Of a stretch of DNA of 64,000 bases, positions 41,001 to 49,311 are shown in pieces. The position numbers and the translations under genes were made by a program. Position 1 is the stretch's first letter; each line of letters begins with the position of its first letter. The DNA lies in the IMG/VR virus record IMGVR_UViG_3300037486_000467, positions 19,641 to 83,640 of that record. One strand, given 5' to 3'. Source of the DNA: a virus. The notes under the pieces were generated by a model, which was not told the DNA's origin, made no database searches, and saw nothing but the letters and a program-made list of their open reading frames with translations.

Positions 41001-41707
41001 AGAGTAGAACTCATATTTTTAAATACAGACAAAGATAATAAATCATTAATAAAATTTAGAGTAGTTATTTTTGATTTATCTGGCACCAAAGAAAATTTAA
41101 TTATTCCACCAGATAAATTGATTAAAGAACTTCCAATAATAGCTAATGCATTAGATATAATTTCTGCAGTTTGTGTAGTTTTAAGATTTTTAAACACAGA
41201 TAAAGAAAATAAGTCTTTAATAAAACCTATTAGCGATGTTTTTGATTTATCTGAAACTTTTCCAAATTTTATTATACCTAAAGATAATTCAGATAATGAA
41301 TTAACAATAATAGCTATAGCTTCTGCTGCAGTTTTAGCCGCATCAGTAGATTTTATATCTTTAAACACAGATTGTGATAACAAATCATGAATAAAATTTA
41401 CAATTGATTGTTTTAATGTTTTTGGAACTGCAGCAAATGCAGAAATACTTTTTGTTAATTCTGGCAAAGATGCTGATAAAATTTTAAGAGATTCTGCGGT
41501 ATCTTTTATTTGACCAGTTGTTTTTTTATCAGTCGCAAATTTATCGAGATCTAATCCTAAGCCTTTGGTTTTACGCTTTGCATCAGCTGTTTCTACATCA
41601 ACTGCTCCAGCAGATTTAATACTTTGCTGTACATTTTCTAATTTTGTATCTATTTTCCCAAGTACGCCTAAAATATCTTTTAATAACTCCGGAGAAGTCT
41701 TCATCAA
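32087..41707 (-). CDS. Tape measure protein (3206 aa)
   Basis: Downstream of tube and chaperone genes; long helical repeats of 60 aa, 57 aa and about 95 aa; central hydrophobic A/G/L/I region. Confidence 0.85.
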   Translation of the reverse strand: MMKTSPELLKDILGVLGKIDTKLENVQQSIKSAGAVDVETADAKRKTKGLGLDLDKFATDKKTTGQIKDTAESLKILSASLPELTKSISAFAAVPKTLKQSIVNFIHDLLSQSVFKDIKSTDAAKTAAEAIAIIVNSLSELSLGIIKFGKVSDKSKTSLIGFIKDLFSLSVFKNLKTTQTAEIISNALAIIGSSLINLSGGIIKFSLVPDKSKITTLNFINDLLSLSVFKNMSSTLAAKTTAEAIEIIGNSLSKLTNGITIIDSIPNKAKVSFIDFIQNLFSLSIFDKASSITAAKQLESSLLIVGDSLPTFAKKLVEFELTTKNIKKTTTDFIKELFSLSLFKDKNIIEVAKKISSAFDELGNVLFQLTEKLSSFSSISPDIYKSAKTTIDFIESLFTLSIFKNIKLNDAKQLNKSLFIISDSLLLFAKNLTQIDLVPEAVFNSAKTVVGFIQDLFSLSLFKNEKLGVTPKNLSKELNIITDTLLQFTERIAKFDILPAITYKAVKTTANFIEDLFSMSMFNTNKSIDNIKQTDKSLFAILNILTSFTGKISKIGSIPEGIYASAKTILNFIQDIFSLSLFDKFKSVDIIKQLDKSLSVIIDSISVFTNKLIKLNIIPENVYKSAKTTVDFIQDLFSLSMFDKTTSINTIKQLDKSLSTIVDSLISFTGKLPKIGNISDNIYASAKTTLNFIEDIFSLSLFDKFKSADIIKQLDKSLSIVGDLLLTFTGKLMKLNAIPEYTYASAKTTVDFIQDLFSLSLFNNIKSINTLKEFEKSLLIIIDSLLTFTGKLAKIGSVPENIYSSAKTALNFMQDIFSLSLFDKFKSPNLLKELDKSLYIIVNSLLSFTEKLPKIGAIPENVYRSAKTTVDFIQDLFSLSIFNNIKSLDNIKQLEKSLSIIGYTLSAFTEKLGKFKIIPEPVYRSAKTTVDFIQDLFSLSLFDNIKSFDDVKDLDKNLSIIVNMLSAFTEKLGKFKVIPDAIYKSAKSTAAFVQDLFSLSIFKDVKSLGSVKDLDKNLSIIVNMLSTFTGKLLKIGVVPENIYTSATSTINFIESLFSSLFNNLKSVDSAKQLEKSLSIIGNSLISFSGQTAKFEAISKSGKSIKQFIQNILSVFQDTKTIDNAKNLSETLKVIGDSFPSLLQTIKKFELISDKSKESLKNFIQDFFSLSIFKDVKFAEVVKATGESVAIIGNYLSEFFGKISTFSVSDKSKKQISDFINEFFSLSIFKDTKLIETAKTTLESMNVVGDSLSGFFTKINSVEIIADKSKKISEFIKELFSLSSFTKNKSTEIANEIDKSLIIIGTSITKLIDVISGIKSVPTEMIQSITVMGSSLSEFFTKLSSFDSISDKTKKSLNSFIQDLFSLPIFKDTKFIETTKTTVESINEVGDSLSKFFTKISEFNIAAEKPKQISEFIKELFNLSSGKLKSADAAKELEKTLAIIGDSVSKLVNQISGVDSIPEETVKSITNFAKSLTELSTIKDVDITDATKQLSINLSTIIKTLNKFSTELKDFDVTKDLKKLSLIGKSLKALNANVESISVDKKTTTSLTDTSEAIKNLSSVLGPLSGGLLKFGLIPKGFKTSLITFVKDLLSLSEHKGKDAGKAARTAAEGMGIIAGALPNLGAGLIKFGLIPKMFKTLLISFIKELLSLSTYKGKKSNEAAKIAAESMGIIVNVLPNLAGGVLKFGLIPKVFKTSLISFIRELISLSEYKGKKSSDASKIAAESMGIIATALPKLSSGLIKFGLIPGAFKTSLLSFIKKLYDLSKHEGKIATLTAKIVAESMGIIADALPKLSKGLIFFGVIPTAFKNSIIDFMDRLAKLSKLSPEVMITAGLLVALGEALPKLAKGVLRFGIVSSTGLLTATTVGLTALLGVVGAAGVAAPVLLAGATVIAAVGVAFIGIGKVLSGIAKVMLAFAGSIAILVTTIYVASAIFKVEPRQVMGTIVGSLAILAGGFAMIGMLAVPIALGSAAIAMMGVGIGIVAIGLLAMIGSYTLMNIMTGSPEKTRQALLISMGAIGLMGLLFAGLGIISIPLFLGALVAKPMAKGILWLTGGLLALGSTYALLDKVFKIDVGKMLLTTAKGIALLGLTLAALGLAAIPIAKGALVLIAMSFSLGAFALVSMGIGAIINKMGGKDGVNTMTENISLLLSGVLQGIISGISIGVLGEKGDRPEGFFGKVGKVIKNVDILIASIGLLGGVSLALILFATSLKAFTKAGVVKTITGHDAKGNPIFGPEIDVVSAGTNIAKSIGSFFTTLIETFKNPEIIPSAVKMAAVSQLLMGNAGPKLLGIKLHSSGTPGIIDALTKFTELITVYSKINQLPIYEIVDGEAKITEYVTPAYIAGTIAGTVSSFFSSLIETFGEKNTVMPSAAKMAVISQLLMGNAGPKLLGIRVYSTGTPGIIDALTKFAEMLTIFSKVNQIPVYAVDDKGNIKVSGYVDPGTVATNIATTISSFFTGLSGIRSKLTSMDDIWVITQALLGVKGPRFLGMRTTKTVEYPGLIDALTKFADLLSIFNKADHLPVYNIEDGKPVVKSYISTVDIAKNISNSVSKFFTGLTSIALPSNSEITNITHALLGTKISRRLIRKGVPDDPGLVDALSQFADLLSTFSKATVIPVYDINAEGKTKIKQYVEPEKIALNITSAISKFFQGLKGIKIPSNYEIINITHALLGTEISRRLIRKGVPDDPGLVDALSQFAKMISMYGKINQMPVYEVDDKGKPKIISYTDPATIATTIANSISGFFRELTTKIYTPDTENVERIAQSLLGSKISQRLVRKGKLNDKPGIIDALSKFADLLTKFSKIQSIPIFEGVDANGNTKVAGYASPIGAATKIVTALSSFFTTLTTLFKNTAVIPSDKKIGEISQILLGTSARKFLGIRIAEKPGIIDALTKFANLLSLFAEKDKIPVYDVDEKGKIKKGTSISPKTVAEHIVKALSLFFTEFKNQQSTLETLSNDTTVNIAQLLLGQQAPRLFGKFKLPWKQDKPGLIEPILKFAEVLGQYADITSAGFPVTDENGKITHKPIDKIVKGLTNGISMFMTEINKAFSVDLASGGETDKAKRKTIDQNLKSFDDVISKLNSFSTNLSGVDKLSKSLGDLATNLGLLVSNMGALDVKNLEKLVNSGAFKNMPSSGGPAGGYNSLDANLVKLSAATTQLATAAEAFTKLNAGKPDEQLAPITGLPQGTFQFRFFGTDNGTITFGK

Positions 41708-41743
41708 TATAATGTAAATTTATTTTATATATCTCTACAAAAT

Positions 41744-41767
41744 AAAAAAAGACTCTTTCGAGTCTTT
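41744..41767 (-). terminator. Intrinsic terminator
   Basis: AAAGACTC-gaaa-GAGTCTTT with T tail on minus strand. Confidence 0.7.
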
Positions 41768-42014
41768 AGTATTTAGGCATTTGAAATTTTGGCATTTCAA
41801 ATTTTGGTTGTTTAAAGTCTCCCATATTTGGAGGCTTAAATGATTTATCAGTAGCTTTTTGTTGTTTCTCGTATTCTTTATTTTCTTTTTGCACGTGCTC
41901 TTCATATTCTTTTATAAGATATTGAATTCTATAGAATTCTAATCTTTCAAGTTCTGACGGAGGAATATGTAGTTTAAACGCAAAAATAAATTCAATCTTA
42001 TTCCAATTGTCCAA
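41766..42014 (-). CDS. Baseplate hub assembly/tail chaperone C-terminal part (gp51-like)
   Basis: Helical PSELERLEFYRIQYL motif; weak TTG start overlapping the upstream gene; immediately upstream of TMP. Confidence 0.55.
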   Translation of the reverse strand: MDNWNKIEFIFAFKLHIPPSELERLEFYRIQYLIKEYEEHVQKENKEYEKQQKATDKSFKPPNMGDFKQPKFEMPKFQMPKY

Positions 42015-42942
42015 ATGGATCTGAAATAAGGAAAAGAGATTTAATCCCGCCTTGAAAGTTTAGAGGAGCTGTTTGCTCCACACCCCCGTCATCAACAAAT
42101 CTAACAATAGGATTTATTGTATCACTGAAGAGTTTTTTAACATGAACTAACAAGGATATCATTTTTATATCCCATTTATGAGAATCTTCTACAAAATGAT
42201 CGTAACTATCATCAGTTAATCCTCTCCAATTACTAATTACAAAAGGCGCAAATGATAAATAATCCTCGTCAATATATTCTTGAGCTCTTTGCTTTCTAAT
42301 AATATGATTTTTAATCCATTGAGTTACGCCAACGCTTGGAATATCTAATTTAAGAACTCTTCCACTTTTAAATTTTAATACGAAGCAACGCTCAACTTCA
42401 TCATAATATTTCATTAATTGAGGATCTAAAGAAATATAGCTTACCATATCTTTAGAAACATCTACTTTCTTTGTTTCAGAAATTTTAACCTGTAATTTAT
42501 TTTCTCCTTCTGCAAATGTTAATTCATGAACTGCTAAAAGAAGATAAAATCTATCTACTTCTTTTATGTCTTTCCATGATAAGTAACTTTCAGCTCCTGC
42601 CTTTATTGTAACACATCTTTCAATGATATAATTAAGCATATCATCTAATGCTGAAAGATCATCTTCTTGCAATGTAGACCAGTGTCTAATTTCTCCACCA
42701 GTAGCCGCACGAATTGCAATTTCAGCATTAGCTGGATAAAATAATCCTCTTGTTGGAAGATCGTCTAATGAAAGTTTAATCCAACCAATCATATTTGCTA
42801 AAGGTCTCGGAGTTTTTTCCCATGGTTTAGGCCCAGGAACATCAATTATATCAGGCCCTATTTGAGAAGTTTTAGGAACAGTAAGTTCTTCTTTTTCAAC
42901 GTAATCTTTAAGAATTTCTTCATTCTCGGTTTTTGCTGCCAT
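41998..42942 (-). CDS. Baseplate hub/tail assembly chaperone (gp26-like)
   Basis: LPTRGLFYP..I.IRA.T..EI and D.FYLLL.V.ELTF motifs; between tube and TMP. Confidence 0.65.
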   Translation of the reverse strand: MAAKTENEEILKDYVEKEELTVPKTSQIGPDIIDVPGPKPWEKTPRPLANMIGWIKLSLDDLPTRGLFYPANAEIAIRAATGGEIRHWSTLQEDDLSALDDMLNYIIERCVTIKAGAESYLSWKDIKEVDRFYLLLAVHELTFAEGENKLQVKISETKKVDVSKDMVSYISLDPQLMKYYDEVERCFVLKFKSGRVLKLDIPSVGVTQWIKNHIIRKQRAQEYIDEDYLSFAPFVISNWRGLTDDSYDHFVEDSHKWDIKMISLLVHVKKLFSDTINPIVRFVDDGGVEQTAPLNFQGGIKSLFLISDPFGQLE

Positions 42943-43011
42943 ATTTTTTAAATTTTAATATTATTTATATTCTATATATCATAATATACACAAAAACCGA
43001 AAAAGTTTCAT

Positions 43012-43038
43012 AAAAAAAGGAGAAATTTCTCCTTTTTT
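43012..43038. terminator. Bidirectional terminator-like palindrome
   Basis: AAAAAAAGGAGAAATTTCTCCTTTTTTT. Confidence 0.65.
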
Positions 43039-43402
43039 ATCTTTGCGTTAAAAGTTTAAATGTTTCAATAAATTTTTGTATGATAGGCTGATATGGATTT
43101 TCAGATTTAAATCCTATAGGATTTCTTTTTAAATATGGATGCATATTTAAAGTAGTCTTAAATATTTGAGCAGCTATTACGGGAGCCTGAGGAATAAACT
43201 CTATTAATTGTGAAACATAGTCATCAAATTCTTCAGGAGATAATTTAATTGTAGAAGGAGGAACCATATTAGAAAAATCGTTATGCGTTTCTTCGCTTTC
43301 TTGATCTTCTTGCGGAGATGAATACGCAATATCATAATTTTCTAATCCGGTATCGCTAGACTCCCAATATTCATTTAAATTTTCCGAAACAAGCTTTTTC
43401 AT
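43037..43402 (-). CDS. Hypothetical protein with head-targeting-type leader
   Basis: Begins MKKLVSENLNE. Confidence 0.6.
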   Translation of the reverse strand: MKKLVSENLNEYWESSDTGLENYDIAYSSPQEDQESEETHNDFSNMVPPSTIKLSPEEFDDYVSQLIEFIPQAPVIAAQIFKTTLNMHPYLKRNPIGFKSENPYQPIIQKFIETFKLLTQR

Positions 43403-43426
43403 ATTTAATAACTTACTTTATATATA

Positions 43427-43457
43427 AATAAGGGGATAAAGATTTATCCCCTTATTT
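43427..43457 (-). terminator. Terminator after tail tube gene
   Basis: AAATAAGGGGATAAA-ga-TTTATCCCCTTATTT hairpin. Confidence 0.7.
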
Positions 43458-43472
43458 GATTAAAGATAATAA

Positions 43473-44069
43473 TTAAACAATTGTTTCGTCCCAGTAATCA
43501 ACAGCTATAGTGAATCCTGTTATCTTATAGTTATCAGTAGACTGATAATCCATAGGAACTTCAGGCATAGGAGTCATTGGGAATACATCGTAACATTTCC
43601 ACTGCCAGAATGGTCTTGCTCCTCTGTCATACATTGTTATCAACATCCATGGTGCAACATAATCAGCCTTTAGTCCAGTTCTGCCTGTTAAAGGATCATA
43701 TGCTAAGTCACACCACTTACGAAGTGTTTTAACTATATATACACTCGGAGTATGATCAATGTTAACTTCGAAATCTATTGTTAAGTCCATTGTAGTTGTA
43801 TCAGGTTTAGCACCTACGAAACGTCTTGCTGCCCATTTGTAATATTGAACCATTGGAGTTCCTGGATATTTATGTGATACTAATCCACCAATCTTTTGAA
43901 CATTTTCTAGTAATAGATTAGATCCTTCTTCACTTACACCAATTGATGCAGGAAGTTGGAACTGTATTGTGAACATGTTCAAATATACGGGTTCGAACAT
44001 CTCTTGCGATGCACGAGAATTTCTAAAGTGTGATAAACCAAAGGTACCTTGTGATTTAAAATCTGCCAT
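43473..44069 (-). CDS. gp19: Tail tube protein, T4 gp19-like
   Basis: LRKWCDL.YDPLTG..G.K.DY, W....VFP motifs; follows sheath. Confidence 0.85.
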   Translation of the reverse strand: MADFKSQGTFGLSHFRNSRASQEMFEPVYLNMFTIQFQLPASIGVSEEGSNLLLENVQKIGGLVSHKYPGTPMVQYYKWAARRFVGAKPDTTTMDLTIDFEVNIDHTPSVYIVKTLRKWCDLAYDPLTGRTGLKADYVAPWMLITMYDRGARPFWQWKCYDVFPMTPMPEVPMDYQSTDNYKITGFTIAVDYWDETIV

Positions 44070-44109
44070 ATCGTTTTATTTATTTTATTTTTATTATTTT
44101 TATTATTTA

Positions 44110-46548
44110 TTAGAATACAAATCCACCAGTACTGATACCTGAATTGCTATTAACAGTAATTCTATTAACAATCTTAGTAAGACCGTACATAATCCAAACG
44201 TTAATATCAATTATTCCAAATCCTTCTGCTATTAATTCTGGAGGGTTATTGGTTTCATCCATAACTACTTCGTATTTTGTTAATGCTCCAGCATCTTTCA
44301 TTGTTTCAAGAATAGGAGTTATTGAGTTAAGGATATTTAATCTGGTAACAGGATTGTTGAAATCGAATATGTATTGTTCAAGTACTTCTTCGACTTGTAT
44401 TTCAATAGTATTAAGTATTTCTCTAACATGTAAATTGTTAAATTCGCTCTTAATACCTTGATATGCAGTTGCATTAGCATAAATTAAAACTTCTCCTGAT
44501 GCTGGTCTATCAATTATAGAGTTGAATCCAAATGGTTCAAGATAATCTCTATCTGATTTATCTATAGGATATTCCACACCAATAAGATTAGGATTAACAA
44601 GAATACCATTTCTGTTAGCTACAATTGCAAATGGATTTCCGCCTAAGAATTTCTTAACGTAAGCGTTAGCTACATCTGCTGCTGGAGGAACATTCATTGT
44701 TCTACCATTTTCATTGTATTTTAAGAATGGACCAAATACTCCGCAGAATTTTGAACCATATTCTTCATTTGGTAAAGTAAATCTGAATGATCTTGGCATA
44801 TCTGGGTTTCCTCCCTCGGGTATCCATTTTACATCAAATATAGGTATAGCTTCACCGGTAGCGAAAGTTTCGCAGAAGTAAGGATCTTGAGATTGTACGA
44901 ATTGTGATATTGCAGGAGCATTTAAAATTGCTGTACATTTACCACGTTTTTTAGCAAGAGATGAAAGATATTTCTTTCCGCCCATGTCTTCTCCTAAACC
45001 AAAGGCCATTGTATCTACAATATAACGATATGAAATCATATCTTTGTTAACTAAGCCTCTTTCAATTCCGCTATCTTCTAACATACCATAAATTTTTTCA
45101 ACGCCTGCTTCAGCGCTTGCTGCACCAGTTGTGGCAAATCCAGGTAAATGTTTATTTGTAAGTGTTAAACCTGTAAGAGGAATAACTTTGTAGCAAGATG
45201 CAATTGATGCGTCATCTATAGTTTTTTGTACAGTTCTTCCTGCGCCTGGCGCTACTGATTCAGCAGTATGAATAACATATACATCATCAGTAAAATCGTA
45301 ATATTTTTCTGTTACATATGTTAATCCAGGAATAACTCCACTTACAACTTGTTTTTCAATAAGAGTTCCTACAGTTAATTTGGCACCATCAGCTATTGTT
45401 AAGCTAAATCTTCTATTTGTTAAATCACCTGCTGGATAAGCAGTAAGAGTAACAGAATCATGCAATACAGCATCTGCTACACTAATATCGTAACTTAAAA
45501 ATGATGTATGCGCTCCAGTTAGATCTACTAAACTGTGACCTACTAAATCAACTATATGAGGTGCTGCAATAGGAAGTCCACTGGATGCTTCAATATTAAA
45601 CCATGCAGAAGTATCCCATGTCATTTGATCCATAGCTTCTTGGTTAACGTTAACCATAACTCCTGAAATAGGCGTATTAGCATTGATAATACTTTCAATA
45701 TATTGTTCTACACCAGTTTTGTCAACAAAATCAGGAATAATTGTGCCCACCCATGAACCAACTAGGTTGATTTGGGGAGAGTTCATAAAGTTATTAAGTT
45801 GCGCTGGTATCATTCCATTCGCATTAAAGAACTGTGAATAATAAGGATCAGTGGCTAATCTACCATAGTTTGTCCAATCACCTTCTACAGCAACTACTTG
45901 AATAAAATAATCGCTAAGATAATCATAAGGACGAATCCAATTATAAGGAATATTTCCAGCATACCAATCTTGTGCATAAACTTTATATTGAAGTAAGTTT
46001 TGAGCTTTTCTTACTATAAATGATAATGTTTTGGTTCCAACATTAGCAATTTGTAATAGTGGCGCACTATAGATGTCTGGTAAACCATATTTATTGACCA
46101 CTGCTGATTGCAAATAATCTGTATCTGGAATCCAGAATCTTTGACGGTTAAATAAGTTAACGTATAAATCTTGACGAGCTGAAACATCAGATGCGTTTGA
46201 TTCTAATTCAAGTCCGATAAAATCAACGTTATCTATGCCGCCAGTTGTTGCATCATCAGTATATAACAAACTAATTGCAAATACTGGAGATGTTAATAAG
46301 CAAGTTCCAATTGATCTGTGAAAGAAAGAACCTTTTCTTTCTAACTTGCTATCAAGCGGTCCAAAAAACTTCTCAAGATCTCTGTTTGATCTTATAAATA
46401 CTGGTGTATTAAAAGGTCCTACTGCAGAGAATCCTGGAACTAATCTTAACGACTGTGTTGTTACTGATATACGTTCAATGTTGTCAATTTCAACAGTATA
46501 AATTCCTGCTGATTTGAATTGAGTTAAATCTAATGCGATTTTTGCCAT
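44110..46548 (-). CDS. gp18: Contractile tail sheath protein, T4 gp18-like
   Basis: SAGIYTVEID, GPFNTPV, VPPA, RDYL...FNSI, L.VRE.L, FDFN, V.DETNN motifs. Confidence 0.92.
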   Translation of the reverse strand: MAKIALDLTQFKSAGIYTVEIDNIERISVTTQSLRLVPGFSAVGPFNTPVFIRSNRDLEKFFGPLDSKLERKGSFFHRSIGTCLLTSPVFAISLLYTDDATTGGIDNVDFIGLELESNASDVSARQDLYVNLFNRQRFWIPDTDYLQSAVVNKYGLPDIYSAPLLQIANVGTKTLSFIVRKAQNLLQYKVYAQDWYAGNIPYNWIRPYDYLSDYFIQVVAVEGDWTNYGRLATDPYYSQFFNANGMIPAQLNNFMNSPQINLVGSWVGTIIPDFVDKTGVEQYIESIINANTPISGVMVNVNQEAMDQMTWDTSAWFNIEASSGLPIAAPHIVDLVGHSLVDLTGAHTSFLSYDISVADAVLHDSVTLTAYPAGDLTNRRFSLTIADGAKLTVGTLIEKQVVSGVIPGLTYVTEKYYDFTDDVYVIHTAESVAPGAGRTVQKTIDDASIASCYKVIPLTGLTLTNKHLPGFATTGAASAEAGVEKIYGMLEDSGIERGLVNKDMISYRYIVDTMAFGLGEDMGGKKYLSSLAKKRGKCTAILNAPAISQFVQSQDPYFCETFATGEAIPIFDVKWIPEGGNPDMPRSFRFTLPNEEYGSKFCGVFGPFLKYNENGRTMNVPPAADVANAYVKKFLGGNPFAIVANRNGILVNPNLIGVEYPIDKSDRDYLEPFGFNSIIDRPASGEVLIYANATAYQGIKSEFNNLHVREILNTIEIQVEEVLEQYIFDFNNPVTRLNILNSITPILETMKDAGALTKYEVVMDETNNPPELIAEGFGIIDINVWIMYGLTKIVNRITVNSNSGISTGGFVF

Positions 46549-46629
46549 GCTATTCTATTATTTTTATTATATTTATTCTTAAAAAGAATGTTGTTTTTTA
46601 TTATATATCAAAAGTTTTAAATGACAAAA

Positions 46630-48597
46630 TTAACTTTTTCGCCACGGAAATGCATAAATACTTTTTGAAAATGTAGAGCTGGGTTTATATCTTATTTCAT
46701 TTGGTTTATTGTTTAGCATTTTTAATATAGCAGATTCTGTAAGTTCTTTTTGAGATTCATCATACATAGCTTTAAACAAATTATCTTCCACTTCAGTTGT
46801 TTCTTCATATTTTTCTAACAACTTATTCATTAAAGTTTTTGCGGGTGAATCTTCTAATTCTTCTAAGTAATCATATAGCCATTCAGCATATTCGGATTCA
46901 TTATACAATCTACTAATATTTATAGTACTCATTGCTATATCATCATGAACTCCCAGACCTTTCCATTTTCCGTGTTTATTCTTTCCAAATGCTTTAAATT
47001 CTTTTATAGTTTCAAATTCATTTATTACCAATAATCTATTATTAACCATTTTTTTGCCTAATTTACAGAAAAGATCTTTGTCTCCTCCAGTAACCTTAAA
47101 TCCTGCTTTTTTTCTTGGAGGTTTTTCTCCGAGAACTGGCTTTGTATGATATGTATGTAAAATAATTGAATCGTCAAAATCATCATGTTGCGAAAACTTG
47201 TCTAAAAAAAATTTTCCATTAAAATTCATTTCTACAAGTAACTTACAAAACTGCGATCCTATTTGATCAAAAATAACGCTTTTAGTGACATTGGCGCAGT
47301 TTTCTTCGTCCTTTATATTATCTCTATACAGCCCCACTTGAAATGCTCTGAACATATTCTCTATCTTCATCTCGTCATTTCTAAGTCTTTTTAATTGAGC
47401 TATGCTCTTTGGCTGAACATGAAAAATATTACAAATATTATAATCATTATCCTTTGTTTCTTCTTCGTCTTTTCCTTCTCCTGTATCTATACTTATAATA
47501 AACCTATCATTCTTTGTATTAAATTTTTTGTTAGGATCAAAATCTGGATGCCATCTTAGATTACGATACTGAGTTTCTTCTAATTCTGTATTCATAAGTT
47601 CCTGAAACACATATTCTTTTTGAAGTCTTGTTATAAATGCTAAATCTGCGCCAGATAATAAAAGATTAGATCCTCCGCGATTAAAATCAAGGCCAAATTC
47701 TTGAGAAAATCTATCTTCTCCAAAATCTTTTTTCATTTTTTCAGCCCATTCATCATCATGGCCCGGAACTTCCCACCAATCAACTCTTATAGGGACAAAA
47801 GAATTTAATCCTTTTTGAGATTTATCCCAAATTTCAAAAAATACATTATCTTCTCCGTTAGGTGTTGAAGATATTATACATTGTGATACTTCACCAGCTG
47901 AAAGAGTAGGATAAACAGATCTCCAGAAATCATCTGCTATACCCGATTGTATATGTGCAAATTCATCTGCATATAATACATGAATAGTATATCCAATTTG
48001 TGCAGTTTTAGTTGTTGCTTGTGATAGCAATTTACATCCATTATCAAGAACCATTCCGCCTGCTCCAACTTGAATAATTCCTGGTTTTAAGAAAAATGGA
48101 AGACCTTTAAATACATCTTTTACTTTCGATACAATCTCAAAAGCAGTATCTTGTTTATTAGCAAGAATCGCTAAGTTTCTATCACTATGAAAACAAAGAT
48201 ACCAAGAAAAATATGCCGCAACAGTTGTAGTTTTTCCAGACTGTCTGCTTTGCATCATTATTAAATTTCTAACTTTGGGTATTAGTTCTTGCAGTTTTTC
48301 ACTATATCCTTCTTCTGCTAAATACTTTAATATTTTTTTTTGATATTTTCTTAACTCAACAGTTCTTCTGCCAGAATCAGTTAAAAATCTACAATATTTT
48401 TCTACAAAATAGATAATATCATTAGAACATTTATGGAATTCATCTATTTCATCAGAATCTAATTGATATAAAAGTTCGCCTGCTTTAAGTTCTATGTCTC
48501 CATGATAAAAACACGAAAGATCTGCAAATATACCTAATTTAAGTTTTTCTAATGATTGTTGAACAATAGCACTGTTCCATATTTTAGTTGAAGGCAT
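46630..48597 (-). CDS. terL: Terminase large subunit, T4 gp17-like
   Basis: SRQSGKTT Walker A, DEFAH Walker B, SSTPNG, DTGEG and HDD nuclease motifs. Confidence 0.95.
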   Translation of the reverse strand: MPSTKIWNSAIVQQSLEKLKLGIFADLSCFYHGDIELKAGELLYQLDSDEIDEFHKCSNDIIYFVEKYCRFLTDSGRRTVELRKYQKKILKYLAEEGYSEKLQELIPKVRNLIMMQSRQSGKTTTVAAYFSWYLCFHSDRNLAILANKQDTAFEIVSKVKDVFKGLPFFLKPGIIQVGAGGMVLDNGCKLLSQATTKTAQIGYTIHVLYADEFAHIQSGIADDFWRSVYPTLSAGEVSQCIISSTPNGEDNVFFEIWDKSQKGLNSFVPIRVDWWEVPGHDDEWAEKMKKDFGEDRFSQEFGLDFNRGGSNLLLSGADLAFITRLQKEYVFQELMNTELEETQYRNLRWHPDFDPNKKFNTKNDRFIISIDTGEGKDEEETKDNDYNICNIFHVQPKSIAQLKRLRNDEMKIENMFRAFQVGLYRDNIKDEENCANVTKSVIFDQIGSQFCKLLVEMNFNGKFFLDKFSQHDDFDDSIILHTYHTKPVLGEKPPRKKAGFKVTGGDKDLFCKLGKKMVNNRLLVINEFETIKEFKAFGKNKHGKWKGLGVHDDIAMSTINISRLYNESEYAEWLYDYLEELEDSPAKTLMNKLLEKYEETTEVEDNLFKAMYDESQKELTESAILKMLNNKPNEIRYKPSSTFSKSIYAFPWRKS

Positions 48598-48598
48598 T

Positions 48599-49270
48599 TT
48601 AAATATCTAATTTAGGTATAAGTTGATCATTATCAAGATATTGTTGATCAACAATTTGTTCATTACTACTATTTAGTGATTTAATATTTTGAACATTTTT
48701 TATAAGTTCCTTTGTTCCTCGAGTGATTACTCCTCCATTCCCAGTAGTTATCATACCATTTGAACTTGTAGAAGGCCCCATTGCTTCAGTTCTATTTTCT
48801 TTAACATCATTTTTAAATACCTTATAAGTTTCTTTTATTGCTTCAACAGTTTGAAGCAATTGTTTATTAAGATCGCCAATAGTTTTAGATAAACCCCCAT
48901 ATACTTCATAATATCTTGCGTGAATTAATCCAGAGTTTATTTGCTGCATTAATGTTTTTTGCATTAGTTCATTAGTTCTAAGTTGATAAAGCATACCACC
49001 TAAAGTCATAACGTCAACTTTAAATTTATTTTTAAGATATTTGTTTTCTCTTATCATATCCATAGGTACCATAAACTGAACAGCATTTTTAATCATAGAA
49101 CGAGCTTCTCGTTCAGCTTTACGTCTTAGTTCATCAAAATTAACATCGGTTAAAGGTTCGGGTCTTAGTTCAGCCATATCATCCCCTGGAGTTGCAACAT
49201 TATTATCAATTTTTGCAGGAGAATTTTGTAACATATTTTCTAGCCCCTGTCTTTCTTCATTTATTTTCAT
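48599..49270 (-). CDS. Probable terminase small subunit (gp16-like)
   Basis: Directly upstream of terL; HARYYEV motif recalls gp16 (H/S)PR.YEV; C-terminal RGT.EL. Confidence 0.6.
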   Translation of the reverse strand: MKINEERQGLENMLQNSPAKIDNNVATPGDDMAELRPEPLTDVNFDELRRKAEREARSMIKNAVQFMVPMDMIRENKYLKNKFKVDVMTLGGMLYQLRTNELMQKTLMQQINSGLIHARYYEVYGGLSKTIGDLNKQLLQTVEAIKETYKVFKNDVKENRTEAMGPSTSSNGMITTGNGGVITRGTKELIKNVQNIKSLNSSNEQIVDQQYLDNDQLIPKLDI

Positions 49271-49311
49271 ATTATTTCTTTTTAAAGATTATATATTACA
49301 CTTATAATAAT

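Noticed and set aside
34914-41390. Long plus-strand ORFs (e.g. 610 aa) opposite the tape measure gene
   Set aside because: Antisense shadows of a repetitive, codon-biased gene; no recognisable motifs.
46630-48597. Intein or intron in terminase or other core genes
   Set aside because: Motifs are contiguous at expected spacing; no intein boundary motifs or split ORFs seen.
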